Origin: Podarcis filfolensis
Lineage: Eukaryota
Assembly (NCBI GenBank): GCA_964270895.1
Contig: OZ185446.1
Direction: 5' to 3' (one strand)
DNA: 64,000 nt
Part shown: piece after piece, positions 1-12,588 of the stretch
How the letters are laid out: every line of letters begins with the position of its first letter
Numbering within the stretch: position 1 is the stretch's first letter
Position numbers and translations under genes: made by a program
The notes under the pieces: model-generated
Database searches by the model: none
The model's input: the letters and a program-made list of their open reading frames with translations, nothing else
What the model was told of the DNA's origin: nothing

Positions 1-473
1 GCACTGAACATCTCCCTGCTTCCAGTGATAAAGTCTCTTGGAATATTGGCCAACACAAATCTGAGAGTTAATACCAAATTCTAAAACAATTCAAGTACTA
101 TGGAAGCACCAAAAGTGTAACACTAAAAGATTGTATTGTAATATTTTTGAAAATGACAATAGAAGGGTGTAAAGTTCCAAAGTGACGGACTATGGGTGAT
201 GGCCAGCGGTGACTGCAATCTATTCCCCCTGCTCTGGATGGACCCCCAACCCTGTGGGGGGGGGGTGCGAGGGACTGCCAGCAAGGGGCTTACTTTCCTT
301 CTTATTTGATACTACCTTACTGTACATTCTGAAGGGCAGATGAAGACATGCATTTCCCCCCTTTAACAACAACAAATTTGCAACAATAATTTCCACTTGT
401 AGATTCCTTGCATTTTAAAGAGACAAGAGCATACATGCAAATATCTGCATATCTGTTCCCAAAGTCAATTTAC

Positions 474-567
474 CTTGTGAGAGTGGATGTGTTATGAGCA
501 ACAAGAGGTTTGCAAACAGTTTACTGTGCAACTTGTTGAGTGTCAAGTAATTATGCAACAAGTTGTA
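474..567 (-). other. Candidate 94-nt internal coding exon of an unidentified gene (YNLLHNYLTLNKLHSKLFANLLLLITHPLSQ)
   Basis: On minus strand: acceptor tttttctttcag, donor CAAG|gtaaat; only frame 0 is open. Peptide not recognised and no partner exon found. Confidence 0.25.
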
Positions 568-1211
568 CTGAAAGAAAAATTATGAACAAGGTCTATTTTT
601 AAATAGGAATGATGTACAATTAAACAATTCATCTATGTAATATGCAGCAAGGATGTGAAATGATACTGATTATCCTGCCATTTGGAAATTTTGAATCTGC
701 TCTAACAATGGATGAATTGATAAGTGGAATGCCATCGTTTGGCCAAGTGAAAATACATATCTGTGAATCTAGATGAGAACATCCCAGCATGCTTACTCCA
801 CAACTGATTAAATGTGCATTGTATCTTGTGCATGAGCATCTAATCCTGAGGAACTCTGTCTGTGTGAAAAGCAGTCCACAGATGGCTCATTTGCAGCACA
901 CATTCTCAAGTGATATAAATAATGTTCTTCAATCTGATGTTTGTTTTATTCAATGAGAAACTCAAGGATGAGTCTCGCAGCATCCAATCCAGTGATTCCC
1001 CTCTCCCTGTCCAGTTTATTTTAGGAAATATATTTGCACCACCCCAGGCTCATTTACTGAACTCTGTTTGGCTTCAGTGGAAGGGTGTAAAAATCCAGCA
1101 GCAACCAAACAAAGGGGGAAAGAGCTAGCTGCAAAAACTTTATAATTAGCCAGGCAAAGGAGGAGAGGCAGATGGATGATACATTCCACTAAGTGTTATC
1201 GTGGAGAAATG

Positions 1212-1290
1212 CCAATAGCAGCTGATTACAGGGGCGGGGGGGGCGGGGGGAGAGATCTGGTGGTTGGGAGGGGGAAAGGAAGAGGGAGGG
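1212..1290. promoter_or_regulatory. CCAAT box, E-box, tandem GC boxes and G-rich tract (possible promoter/enhancer; G4-capable)
   Basis: gCCAAT at 1212, CAGCTG at 1219, GGGGCGGGG twice at 1231-1250, further GGG runs to about 1290, in non-repeat sequence. Confidence 0.25.
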
Positions 1291-2010
1291 AAAGCAATAA
1301 ATTGTCCTTTGTTGTTATTGCTCTCGTGATCAAAATGATTCAAAAATACAGTGTATTTGACTCTTTGGAGAGGGAAGGTAAAACATTTATAGCTCATTAG
1401 CTTCCATAAATTAAAACCCATTTTAAAGGGAAGTTTGTCATCACAATATGCAGATGCTGTGAATGCATGAATCATTATAGGCAACTGTAGACACTCCCAC
1501 CTCCCTTCTGATCCAGCCCTAGGGATACAGGACCCGCCCCCCCCTTTCTCCTCCTCAGCCAGATGCAAAGACATGGCTACAAGCTCCCTCTGCTGGACCC
1601 GGCTATGAATGCCGAGCGAAGGTGGGAATGGTCACAGCCAGTAGTTTCAAGCTTGCTTTAAAAGTTAAGGGGACGTCTTTATGACACTGCTTCTGCCGGG
1701 ATGCAGGTCCATCAAATCCACCCATATCCCTGTGCTATCAGGACTAACACAAAGCTTTATTCCCATTTCAAAAATACGTAGTGAGCAAAAACATTATTGC
1801 TATTTTTTACCTTCTCTCTGTACAGATCTTAGCACTGTTCTCCTCAGGCTGCTTCCCCCAGTGTCAATGAATTCACTTGGGAAATTCTCAACAGGAAAAC
1901 CCCCCACAGTATTTTAACACTCCCCCCCCTCCATTTCTCCTCTCTTCCCCCGAGTCATAGATTTCCCCTCTCTCTAGATAATTATATCCCACTTTTCTCT
2001 GCCTAAGCCA

Positions 2011-2344
2011 TGGGTTAAACCACTGAGCCTAGGACTTGCCGATCAGAAGGTCAATGGTTCGAATCCCCGTGATGGGGTGAGCTCCTGTTGCTCAGTCCCT
2101 GCTCCTGCCCACCTAGCAGTTCAAAAGCATGTCAAAGTGCAAGTAGATAAATAGGTACCGCTCTGGCGGGAAGGTAAACGGCGTTTCCGTGCGCTCCTTT
2201 GGTTCGTCAGAAGTGGCTTAGTCATGCTGGCCACATGACCCAGAAGCTGTACGCCGGCTCCCTCGGCCAATAAAGCGAGATGAGCGCCGCAACCCCAGAG
2301 TCGGCCACGACTGGACCTAATGGTCAGGGGTCCCTTTACCTTTA
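2011..2344 (+). mobile_element. Sauria SINE (5'-truncated)
   Basis: B box GGTTCGAATCC, Sauria SINE body (gcaagtagataaataggtacc...ggccacatgacc) and (ccttta) tail; highly similar to the copy at 27292. Confidence 0.9.
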
Positions 2345-4599
2345 AGCCTTCACAAAGTGGCTGACAACACTTAATATAAATACTAGTTACCAATCAAATA
2401 CAATCCATAAACAAATACATGACAAAGTTAAAAGCAGCTGAAAAGGGGAGGGACCATTTTTTTTTAAGTCTTTAAGGGATAGATAAAAATCCAGACATTT
2501 ATATTCTAGTCAGACAATGTAGGCGTAAGAAATAAGACTCACAAACACCCCTTGGTTGACCCAAAATAAGGAAAGTCCTGCACCCCACCAATAAAAAAGT
2601 CATCATCATTTCCATCCCCTTTGATAATTTTCAAATACAGTTTATTTTCTCACTAACTGATGGAGAATGGTCAGTAAAAAATGTGGGGAAACTTCAGCAC
2701 ACACGGCTTGAGACGGGGAAAACCAGACACCACCATCTCTACCATCAGAAGAGGAAGACAGACTTGTCAGAGTGCTTGCAAGCAGAATCCCTGATCTGGA
2801 CCTTACGCACAGCAGAAATGAATTCTCTCCCCCACAAGAATGAGTTTCAAAGTTTTACTGTAGAACAGTCTTAAAATAGTTACTTTCTATTTTGTAATGT
2901 TTATTTGTAGCACATTGAACTTAAGCAAGGAAGAAATCCTGTCCCGTCTTCTTTTCTGTCCTTAATATGGTTCAAGAACTTTCCTCTCTTTGCTCAGAGA
3001 GAGAATTCCCAAGCAAGCATCTTGTTTGTTCAAGATCTTGAGCTGAGCACCTACTGCGGCTGAACCCGATGACTGACTGAAACCCTGCGTTCTCAGGTGT
3101 CATTTTCTGCTGTGAGAGATCTCTGCTTCGGTTTCAGGGATGAGTCATCAACTAGCCTTCTCCAGCCTCTCTTTGATGCCTTTGCTAGAGGTAAACCTAT
3201 TGTACCTAATGCAAACCTATCTGCATGGCATTTTTAAATACCATGAACTCAGACATAGAACTTTGTGCATATTAAGCTTACACCTTCAACTAGACTGACT
3301 TTGAAGCCTTTACAGCAAGGGATAAAGAAGTTGTGGCCCTCCAGATATTGCTGGACTCCCAATTCCCATGGTCAGTGGCCAGGCCAACCACATCCAGAGA
3401 ACCACGGCTTCTCCACTTTTGCTTTACAAGGACATCTTCTAGCTTAGTAGTGTAAAGAGATTTCATTTCTACTGTGACAAGTTTCCCTGGAGTTTCCTCC
3501 ATTGACTCAAGCTTGGTGCTGCTGTGCAGGCTGAGCACCCAATTCCTCTCAGCTTGGTATTTCAGGATCAAATGCTGACACAAGTTTGACTGCTTAGCAA
3601 TAATACAGGGGAGGGTGCAGTCTATATCCCACCACCTCAGCAGTGATGAATCTGGGCTCTTAAAAGTATAGGGCTTTCTAGTTTGCAGTCTAACCCTGCA
3701 CACATGCCATTCAAGAAATTTCTCTTAACCATTTCTTGAATAGAGAAACCTGCCACTGATATTTTTCTATATGCCCCCAGTACGACCACTGAAGGACAGC
3801 TTTACCTTTAGACAGAAAATTGCCAGTGCTGTTGACACAAACTATTTCCTTCCAGCTCTTATCAAACCTAATGGCCGACAGCAGGAGACAAATGGAAAGT
3901 GCCAGTTTAATTGGAGAGGTAAATGCCATCACTACTCTGAACTGTTAAATCAGTGTGAAAAAGGGTGAGAGTTGATGAAGGAGTTCCATTTAATAAAAGG
4001 TTCCACAAGAACAAATAAGGTGTTTTTGCAAAGAAGAGTTCTTCAATGCAAATGGCTCAAAATGCTGGAGTGGAATGGTCTTCTGTCCTGCTATAGCCTC
4101 CAGGGCAGGGCATACACTGGACTGTGTCAGTGTACATGGGTTGCAGAGGCCTAGTTTTTCTATGTGTGCTTTTGTGCACATTTGCCTACACAGGAGTGCT
4201 TTCTTTTCTTTTCTCTTCTTTATTCCCCCCTCCCAAATATAACAAAAAAGAAAATGATGAAAATAAGAAAGAAAATACCCCGTGTTTGACACTGAAAATT
4301 AGAATGTGCATGCAATGTAATGCAGACAACAACCATTTCACACGGGGGTTCTGTTTCTGGCCCCCACAGGTGTCAGCGGAGGGCATATAAGTGTACTCCT
4401 CCCCATTGTGCTCTGCCCCCATTCCACCCATTCTGTCTTCTTCTGGGTCCAATTGATTGCACAGCAATTGGATGTGCCTAAAATAGTTGCCACCTGTATA
4501 GACATTTGATAACATATTGCATTTTGTTTTGTGCAAGTCTCTGTTAAGGATTGGAGAATATGGTACCATGTGATTTTAGGAAAAGCCATTCTTATATAT

Positions 4600-4737
4600 C
4601 AGCGGCTCTCAACCTGTGGGTCCCCAGATATTGTTGGACTACAACTCCCATCATCCCTGAGCTCTGGCCTTGCTAGCTAGGGGTGATGGGGGTTATAGTT
4701 CAACAACATCTGGGGACCCACAGGTTGAGAAAGGCTG
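4600..4737. mobile_element. hAT-type MITE
   Basis: Palindromic 138 bp with TIRs cagcggctctcaacctgtggg / cccacaggttgagaaaggctg; 8-bp TSD ttatatat/ttatagat (7/8). Confidence 0.8.
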
Positions 4738-5456
4738 TTATAGATCATAACGTAGCCTAAATTATTGTGTATGCTTTCTTTTCTTGTGGATGGTGTTCAA
4801 GGGAGGTTTCCCCACTAGGTGTTGCTGTCCGGTGCAGTTTTAGTATTTCCCTACCCTTTTTGAGATCTGGGAACTTGAGGTGAGCAGGAGTGAAGGTATT
4901 TGCTTACCTGTATGTGGTGCCATTTTGTAATGATTGAAATACAAGTTTTCCCACATAACACAATTTTTTTGTTAAGTGTCCTGCCTGGCCCACCCTTTCT
5001 GAGGGTGAAGCAGGATGAATTATATTTGGCAATATAATAATCCTGTGCTACCAGCGTACCTAAACATTGCACTTGTAAAATGTGTCTGAATACATCTGAA
5101 AGTACCCATTAACACCCACACACCTCTCCTGTATACATTAGAGAATGAGCGGGGCTTCATTTATCATGTGAGCTCCAGAACTGCACAGCCCCAACATCTG
5201 GTGAGGACTTTTAAAACAGCCTTATAAATGGCCTTTAGACTGCTTGGTGAACTGATGAGAGTTTTACGAACTAGCAAAAAGGGGAAGGAAGGATGGCTGA
5301 AGGAAGGAAGGAAAGAAAAGGGAAAAGATATGGCACATTACTATTTCCTGATCATTGGTCACGATGGCTGGGATTGGTACAAACTATAGACCAAAACATG
5401 TGGAAGACACCACACAGTGCATGAGCTGCTTGCTGTCCCCATGAACAAAGCACTAT

Positions 5457-5546
5457 AACAACAACAACAACAACAATTTATTACTTATACCCCGTCCATC
5501 TGGCCAGGCTTCCCCAGCCACTCTGGATGGCTTCCAACAGGATATC
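5457..5546 (-). mobile_element. 3' tail fragment of L2-type LINE with (AAC)n microsatellite
   Basis: Reverse complement matches the 3' end seen at 12400-12439 and 22304-22453 (ccccagccactctgg...ttccaaca); (aac)n at 5457-5476. Confidence 0.7.
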
Positions 5547-6262
5547 AAATGTGCTCTGAATGCAAATGAATACACTGAGGTGATTTGATCTTCCCAAGCT
5601 ATTGTCTGAATCAATAATATAGTGCTACTGAAGAGAGAAGTCCTTTCACTAGAGAAAGTTTACCTCAATGAAGCTGTTATCTCAATGACGACTATTGAGT
5701 GAATGACCATGATTATCTGTCTGTGCTCTGCAATATCAGTGATACCTCATTTTCTCAAAAGTGACTATTAATACACTGGTTTGTGCCATTGACTTATACA
5801 CAATAAAACTGTGCTCAACCTACACCTATCACCATAATGCATGTTTGGGGACTGGACTTGCAACCACAGCTATAGGTTAATTTCTGATCAGCTGACTTGG
5901 GCAGCTATTATACATCACCATCCCATTAAAAGTTAACTGTAAATACTGAAGGGGAAAATTCAATCTCCTTTTAAAAGTCCATTTTTCTGAGGGTTATTGA
6001 TGGTTTGATAACTACAGTGGACAGGATTTCATGGGCAGAATTTATCACAAAACTGCATCATAATGGAAATTGGTTTTATTAATTCTTTAAATCATGCTGT
6101 CTTATATGGTCTGAGACACTGCTTCTGAGAATTCTCTTTCCAAGAAACAAAATCAAATTACTACCACAAAGAGCTGGTCTACATCAAAACAAAACATGTG
6201 TGACAGTACTTGGGGGTTTGCTATGCTTTGGTATACCAGATATGGGAATGTGCTTGAATGAA

Positions 6263-6351
6263 TGGATGGCCTCTGTCATGGATGATCTAGTTGAGATTCC
6301 TGCATTGCAGGGGGCTGGACTAGATGACTCTTGGGGTCCCTTCTATGATTC
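6263..6351 (+). mobile_element. CR1 LINE 3' end fragment
   Basis: gagattcctgcattgcagggggctggactagatgac...ttctatgatt, same tail as 10602, 56790 and 60700 copies. Confidence 0.75.
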
Positions 6352-9125
6352 CTCGGATAAAAGCACCTTGCTTGTGGAAGGCTGGAAGGACAGGGAGGGG
6401 AGCTCTAGCTTGGTCTTCTGCTTAATGTGTTAGACTTCCATGTATAAATGTTTTTTTAAAAAAATCCCTGAGAACATATGGTTACTATAATACTTTTATA
6501 AAAAATGTATGGACACACTTAAAAGAGTTTCCTTCATGGCTGAGGTATTGTTGCACATAATTCAACTGTTTTGAATGATGATGGACAAAAGAATTCAGAG
6601 ACCTTTTCAGAATATTCTAAGTTTGACCTTGTGCCATCTTCTGCAGTCTTAGCTCTGGTTTTATGATATTGTTTCAATGTTTTATGTTAATTGGTGCTTT
6701 TAAGCACATAATATAAATTTAAATATTGTGATGATGATTATTAGTAATGTACGTAACAATCAGTTTAGAACTATTTTTTAATTTAAAAATGACATTTGAT
6801 TTGGATTTCACCAAGTGCTTATACTGTCATGACCAGCATTCCTACTCTTTCTACTTCCACGAAAATGTCTAGCTGCTTTAAACTCAGGGGAGGCTGTGCC
6901 TCAGATAGTCACACAGTTAACGGTGGGGAACCTGGTGTTCATGCACTGATTCCACGGTCACCAAGGGTTTTTCAATGCCCCCTTTAGAGGCCGTCTCCTC
7001 AGAGATGTAAGGAAATGAACTGGGATGCCAGTTGGACTGTACCAGCCTCTTTGCTCCTAAGGGTTAAGGAGCAGTGCCAGGACAAGGCAACGAAATCTAA
7101 ACTGGAGCTGTAAAGCTGTGAGTCTACCACCTTTTACCTGAGCTAAATTCATTTTAAGATTTTTTTCCAAAGGAAAAGGGCATTTGGAAAGGCTTAACTT
7201 TACCCCCAGAGTCTCTGTAGTTCTACTACAACAGGTTTGAGGAAACTGCCAAACTTATTCCAAAGAAATGTCCCAAACATTGGGAGAGACGAGAAATTCA
7301 GTTTCAAGTGAAGATACAAATGTTCTCAGAAACATGTGTTTTGAGAAATTTTGAGCTCAGCAATACTCAATATCAAGGGTTGTCTAAATGACTCTAACAT
7401 ACTGAAACAAAGTATTATTCAGCTTTAAAAATAAATACCTCCAAGACTTCTGACTAGAACATAAAAGAACATGAGTCAGGTATTTGGGTGTGATGAGAAC
7501 ATATTGGAGGGAACATCATTGCATACCCAGACACCACTGCATAATGGTTTCGATAGTACAGACGATGATGTTTCATGATAATTGTCTTTTTTTGTCATGA
7601 TAGTTTTCATTTTATCATCAAATACAACTTCTTTAAACAAACAAATCTGACCGTTTGGATCTATATGATGTGAACATTGGATTCGTAAAGTTGTTTTTAC
7701 AAACATAGGAGAGTAAAACTGGTTTCAGACAAACAAGTATTAGCTGAACTTTGCAAGCATCCTGGAAAGCAAAGGACACAGACCAAGAATGTGTGTCGCA
7801 TCCCTTTGCATTCCTCTTCCCCCTCCTCTGCCTCTTTGCCTCCTTTCCTTGCACAACAACATAAAGTATGACTTGCTAAACTTGCATTTTCTCTGATCAG
7901 GCATCAGAAGCTGCAGGAAAACCTCCAGCTCAGCTTTTCCCCTTTATGTTAAATTGTCAGGGAAAAGCCAATGACAGGGCTACGTTTCTTCCCTGCTCAG
8001 CACTTTGGACACGGTTTGGGTTAAAAGATACAAAATGAGACAGACGCTAAAGAAGCAGCACGAAGGGGAAAGATGCCTGAGTTGGAGAGGGAGTACTTCA
8101 AGGCAGAGGGGCTCAGCCATGAGGAGGGAGTGGGTTTGGGGTACCTTTAAGGGCTCAGAATGGGACAGTCCATTTCCCTACCAGATAATTTCCACATTTT
8201 ATGTTATCGTTGACATGACATAAAAGCCGCTTCTGAATATTGAGTGGAATCTAGCAGAATTTTAGTGTTTGTTCCAAATTAATCGATTCCACACACATCA
8301 GTTTGCAACCCTGTTAAATGGGGAAATCGCAGAAGTTTTGCAATGTGATTTTCTCATCATTTTCATGGATCACACCATGTGATGAAATTTGGAGCAGTAT
8401 TCCAGCATACAATTCTTTCCTGCCATTTTTGTATGTATTTTGTAAAAATGAACCTTGTATTCCACCAGCCAGTTTGATTCTGATGTGCTGCCCTTATTGC
8501 CAGATGTCTGGGACTCTAAGCTTGCCAAGGGCCCCCAGGAAGCCAGACTGGAGGGTGCAAATGGTAGATTTGGCTCCTAAGGAGCAGGTTGCTTACAAAT
8601 GAGGGCAAGCTTTTGCAAACCTTTGGGGGTGGGGACTGGAATCCATTGTTGGAATACTCATACTAAAAACTCGACTGCTGGTGCCTTTGCTCAGCCATTG
8701 GGACTCTTCTACTCTTTGAGATTACTCCTTTCCTTTGCTTGTGTCTGTATCATCTCCCTTTTAGTGTCTTCTTTTAAAATACAAACATCACGTCACTCCA
8801 GTTGCACTGGTGTGGGAAGAGGAGAGCTAAGCAAGTGCGCTGGACATATGAACACAGTTATATTTGCTAAAAATAGGGTGGTTGTTTTTGGAATGGGCAG
8901 GATTAGGTTGCTATTGAAATATTATCTTTCATGTTTATTCTGGTGCATCTTGGATAGTCTCTTTAGATTAAAACTCAAAAAGTAATTCATAGGGAAAAAG
9001 AAAGGACCAGTTATCTTACTGGAGGGGAGACAGGGCTGCATGCAATTCCCCATCCTGAAACAAGAGGCCTGTGATGGGAATTCATCTGGAAAGTGCCTCT
9101 CTAGTAGTATCTGCCTAACCTGATA

Positions 9126-9377
9126 CAGTGGTACCTCGGGATGCGAACGGGATCCGTTCCGGAGCCCCATTCGCATCCTGAACAGAACATAAGACGCGTC
9201 TGCGCGTGTGCAGGTCATGTCTCGTCGCTTCCACGCATGCGCATGACGTCATTATGACCATCTGTGCATGCGCAAGTGGCGAAACCTGGAAGTAACATGC
9301 TCCGTTACTTCCAGGTTGCCGCAGAGCGCAATCCAAAAGTGCTCAACTTGAAGTGCATTTATCCCGAAGTATGACTG
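9126..9377. mobile_element. Tc1/mariner (Tigger/pogo-like) MITE
   Basis: TA|cagtggtacctcgg ... ccgaagtatgactg|TA: TA duplication and imperfect TIRs; same family as 32388-32632. Confidence 0.85.
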
Positions 9378-10601
9378 TAGTATTCAGCTGTGAGGCACTA
9401 AGTCCCTGCACTGCAGTGTGCAATGAATGGATGATGAATGGGAGGCATGTAAATACCCCACAAGAAAATCAGAATGAATACTGGATGTATGCTCATTATC
9501 ATATATCTGCCCCATAAACAAATCTGAATGAATGCTCAATGATATTGGATCTAACCACTATGTAAGCTCTGAGCAAGCAAACCTATGCTGACTGAACAGG
9601 TCATCTGCAGGAGCCTTGCTTGATGAGAGTCTAATAATACATTACTGTATGTGGGAAGCCTCGTTGCCGCTGTCCTGTGTGTCCCCCCACCCCATGCCTC
9701 TCTAGCAGTAATATTTGTTAAAACAACTGCATGATATAATTTCATTAGAGTCAGTCTTTCCCCACCCCCTGAAAGTGACAGCTAGTCTTGTTTCGATAGT
9801 AGAGTCCATATAGGAATAGATGTGAGTGATCATAACTGCAAAATGTTGTGCTAAGTGTTTACAGTGGGCCACAGATAGTTCTTCATGTCACAAAAGCCTC
9901 TATAGGCTGTAGAGATGATATTGGAGGTGGGGACACCAGCAGTGGCTGAGTTCAGGATGTTCAGGTGCACACTGTGTGCAGTTTCCTGGCTCCCAGCCAC
10001 AAAGCATATTCATACTTGCATTTCTGGGAAAGACTTCTGAGCAAATCACTGCAGAGTATACAATGAGGACACACAAGGACATCCTCGGAAGTAAATGACA
10101 CATGAATGAATAAACCTCGGTGCAGGTGGGTATATAATAAGTCAGGTTCTTTTGATGAGTATTGCTCATGGAGTGAAAGAGACACAGATTCTTCTCTTAC
10201 AAATAGGTAAAACAAGTGAAGTACACTTAAATTGGAAAGTGAGTGAATGAAACAGCCTGTGTCATACAGTAAGCTCTCCCTTTTTCAAAAGGAGGATAAG
10301 ACAAAAGCACAAATAGATTCCAGACAAAGCAGTTCACTTTTATTTAGTTTTTGTGCTCCCTTTTGAAGACACAATGCAGTGTAATTAACTATAAATTAAA
10401 TGCTGAGAAGAAAGATATGTGAGGACATTCTTTGTCAGCCAAGCTAATGACAATTAGCTGGCTGAATGAAACTGAGGACCTGATCTACCACTGGGCTTCA
10501 GAACCTGATGCCAATATGGACATGAATTAATGTTATTGCAGTATGTGTTACAGAAGGTTTAGTGGGAAGGTCACAATATACTTTAAAATATGTTCAACAG
10601 T

Positions 10602-10868
10602 AGCTTGTTTTCTCCTGCTTTGGAGGGTAGGACTCAAACCAATGACTTCAAATTACAAAAAAGGAGATTCCGACTAAACATCAGGAGGAACTCTCTGATC
10701 GTAAGAGCTGTTTGACATTGGAATGGTCTCCTTCAGGAGGTTGTGGACTTTCCTCCCTTGGAGGTTTTTAAGCAGAGGTTGGGTAGCATCTGCCATGGAT
10801 GCTTTAGATGAAATTCCTGTGTTGCAGGGGGTTGGACTAGAGGACCCTCAGGGTCCCTGATTCTATGA
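10602..10868 (+). mobile_element. CR1 LINE 3' fragment
   Basis: Typical CR1 terminus (ctaaacatcagga..., ttggactag..., attctatga tail). Confidence 0.8.
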
Positions 10869-11639
10869 ATCTTCACATGAATAGTTCTACAATAGTTGAA
10901 CAGCAATCAAGAGCAACTCTCTCTGTGTTCCCAGTGCTGTTGAGATTATCTTTGGCTGAATGTAAGCATCTCCATGGGTCCAGAAAATATAGTGTCTAAA
11001 ATTAATGCCAGTATTAAGGGATGATGGGGCTCTTGGCACCCAAATTAACACTGCTAGACAATGCTGCCATCCTTGTCCCATGCAATGCTCACTTAGGCAC
11101 TGTTGCCCTCACCCCACTCCACAGAATACTGGGTGCCATCTTTGCCAACACCCCCATGGTGCAAGTAATCTGTAGTTCTACCCTGGGCAAACTGCTGTAT
11201 ATTGCCAGTGTAATGAAATGAATTAATGGAAATGTGAAGCTTTAATCAAAGTCAAAATGGAACAGGAAAAAATCCAATTGTCAAGATAGCTTTCCATGCA
11301 AAGTGGCTATCTCAGATCACCTTACAATACATAGGAGAGTTGTGAAAGGGACAACCAGAACGGATAATTGTGGCAACATCTGGCTTCCCATTTTGGGGAA
11401 GTGATGGGGACTGCAGGGCAGAATTGCCGCCAAACATCAAAATTTGAACGGGCCAATCGGGGGCTGCTAATGGGTGGAGCTTTGCTGGCGGACCGTAAGC
11501 TAGAAGTTTCCACTCCAGTCCGCCAGTGACACAAAAATTCGGCTGGGCTGGACACTTCCAGTGCAGTTGGCATAAGAGCAAACCCTCCCTCCCTTCATGC
11601 TCCTATAATAGTTTAGTTTAACCTTTTATTGCGTTTTAG

Positions 11640-12050
11640 ATTGCTTGCTTCTTAGGAAATTTAACCATACGTATTTTCTTCCAGGGTTGCGTGTTTAACC
11701 ATGTTTTGTTTTGTTTCCTAGGTAGGTAGCATCTTAACAATGTTTTGCTTCCTTTATACTATCTGACCTTGCTGTGGTTGATCTGTGGTTGCCAGTGGTT
11801 GCCGTATTTGGAGCCGGGAAAGAATTTATCTGCAGACAAATTGGCCAGTCTGAAGGTTTAGCCTTTGTCACTGCAAAAGTCACAATTTTTGGCGGTTAAG
11901 GCATTGGGTGGAATCCTAGTCATCAAGCTTTGGGGTGAATTGCTGCATCACAGGTGCGTACTCAGGACACCTGGTTAGATGGGTCTCGGTGGAATTCTCT
12001 GTCCAGAAGCCAAGTGTGGGGCAGACAGCCATGGAGTTTCCAGCTGTGGC
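11640..12050. repeat. Probable interspersed repeat, unclassified
   Basis: Repeat-like segment abutting an L2 fragment; no diagnostic TIR, LTR or ORF recognised. Confidence 0.25.
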
Positions 12051-12104
12051 CTGAGGACGGCCACTTCAGTAGATTGGCATCTTGGGGAGACTATAATCCT
12101 TGGC

Positions 12105-12439
12105 ACAATTCAAAGTGTTGGTGCTGACCTTTAAAGCCCTAAACAGCCTCGGCTCAGTAGACCTGAATGAGCGTCTCCACCCCCATTGTTTGGCCCGGAC
12201 ACTGAGGTTCAGCACCGAGGGCCTTCTGGCAGTTCCCTCCTTGTGAGAAGCGAAGTTACAGGGACCCAGGCAGAGGGCCTTCTGTGGAACGCCCTCCCAT
12301 CAGATGTCAAGGAGATAAACAACTAACTGACTTTTAGAAGACATCTGAAGACAGTTCAGGGAAGTTTTTAATATCTGATGTTTCATTGTATTTTTAATAT
12401 TTTGTTGGAAGCTGCCCAGAGTGACTGGGGAAACCCAGC
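12105..12439 (+). mobile_element. L2-type LINE 3' fragment running into an assembly gap
   Basis: ttcaaagtgttggtgctgacctttaaagccct (FKVLVLTFKAL) followed by the L2 3' UTR gggccttct...cagagtgactggggaaacccagc. Confidence 0.8.
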
Positions 12440-12588
12440 NNNNNNNNNNNNNNNNNNNNNNNNNNNNNNNNNNNNNNNNNNNNNNNNNNNNNNNNNNNNN
12501 NNNNNNNNNNNNNNNNNNNNNNNNNNNNNNNNNNNNNNNNNNNNNNNNNNNNNNNNNNNNNNNNNNNNNNNNNNNNNNNNNNNNNNNN
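12440..12588. other. Assembly gap (149 N)
   Basis: Run of N characters. Confidence 1.

Noticed and set aside
2011-2100. tRNA-like A/B boxes (also at 27292 and 52170)
   Set aside because: These are SINE heads, not tRNA genes.
3080-3186. Possible minus-strand terminal exon (KGIKERLEKAS*) with downstream AATAAA
   Set aside because: Weak acceptor, unrecognised peptide, no compatible upstream exon.
4908-5095. Minus-strand donor CAG|gtaagc with an upstream open frame or MAPHT start
   Set aside because: No recognisable protein and no phase-compatible partner exon.
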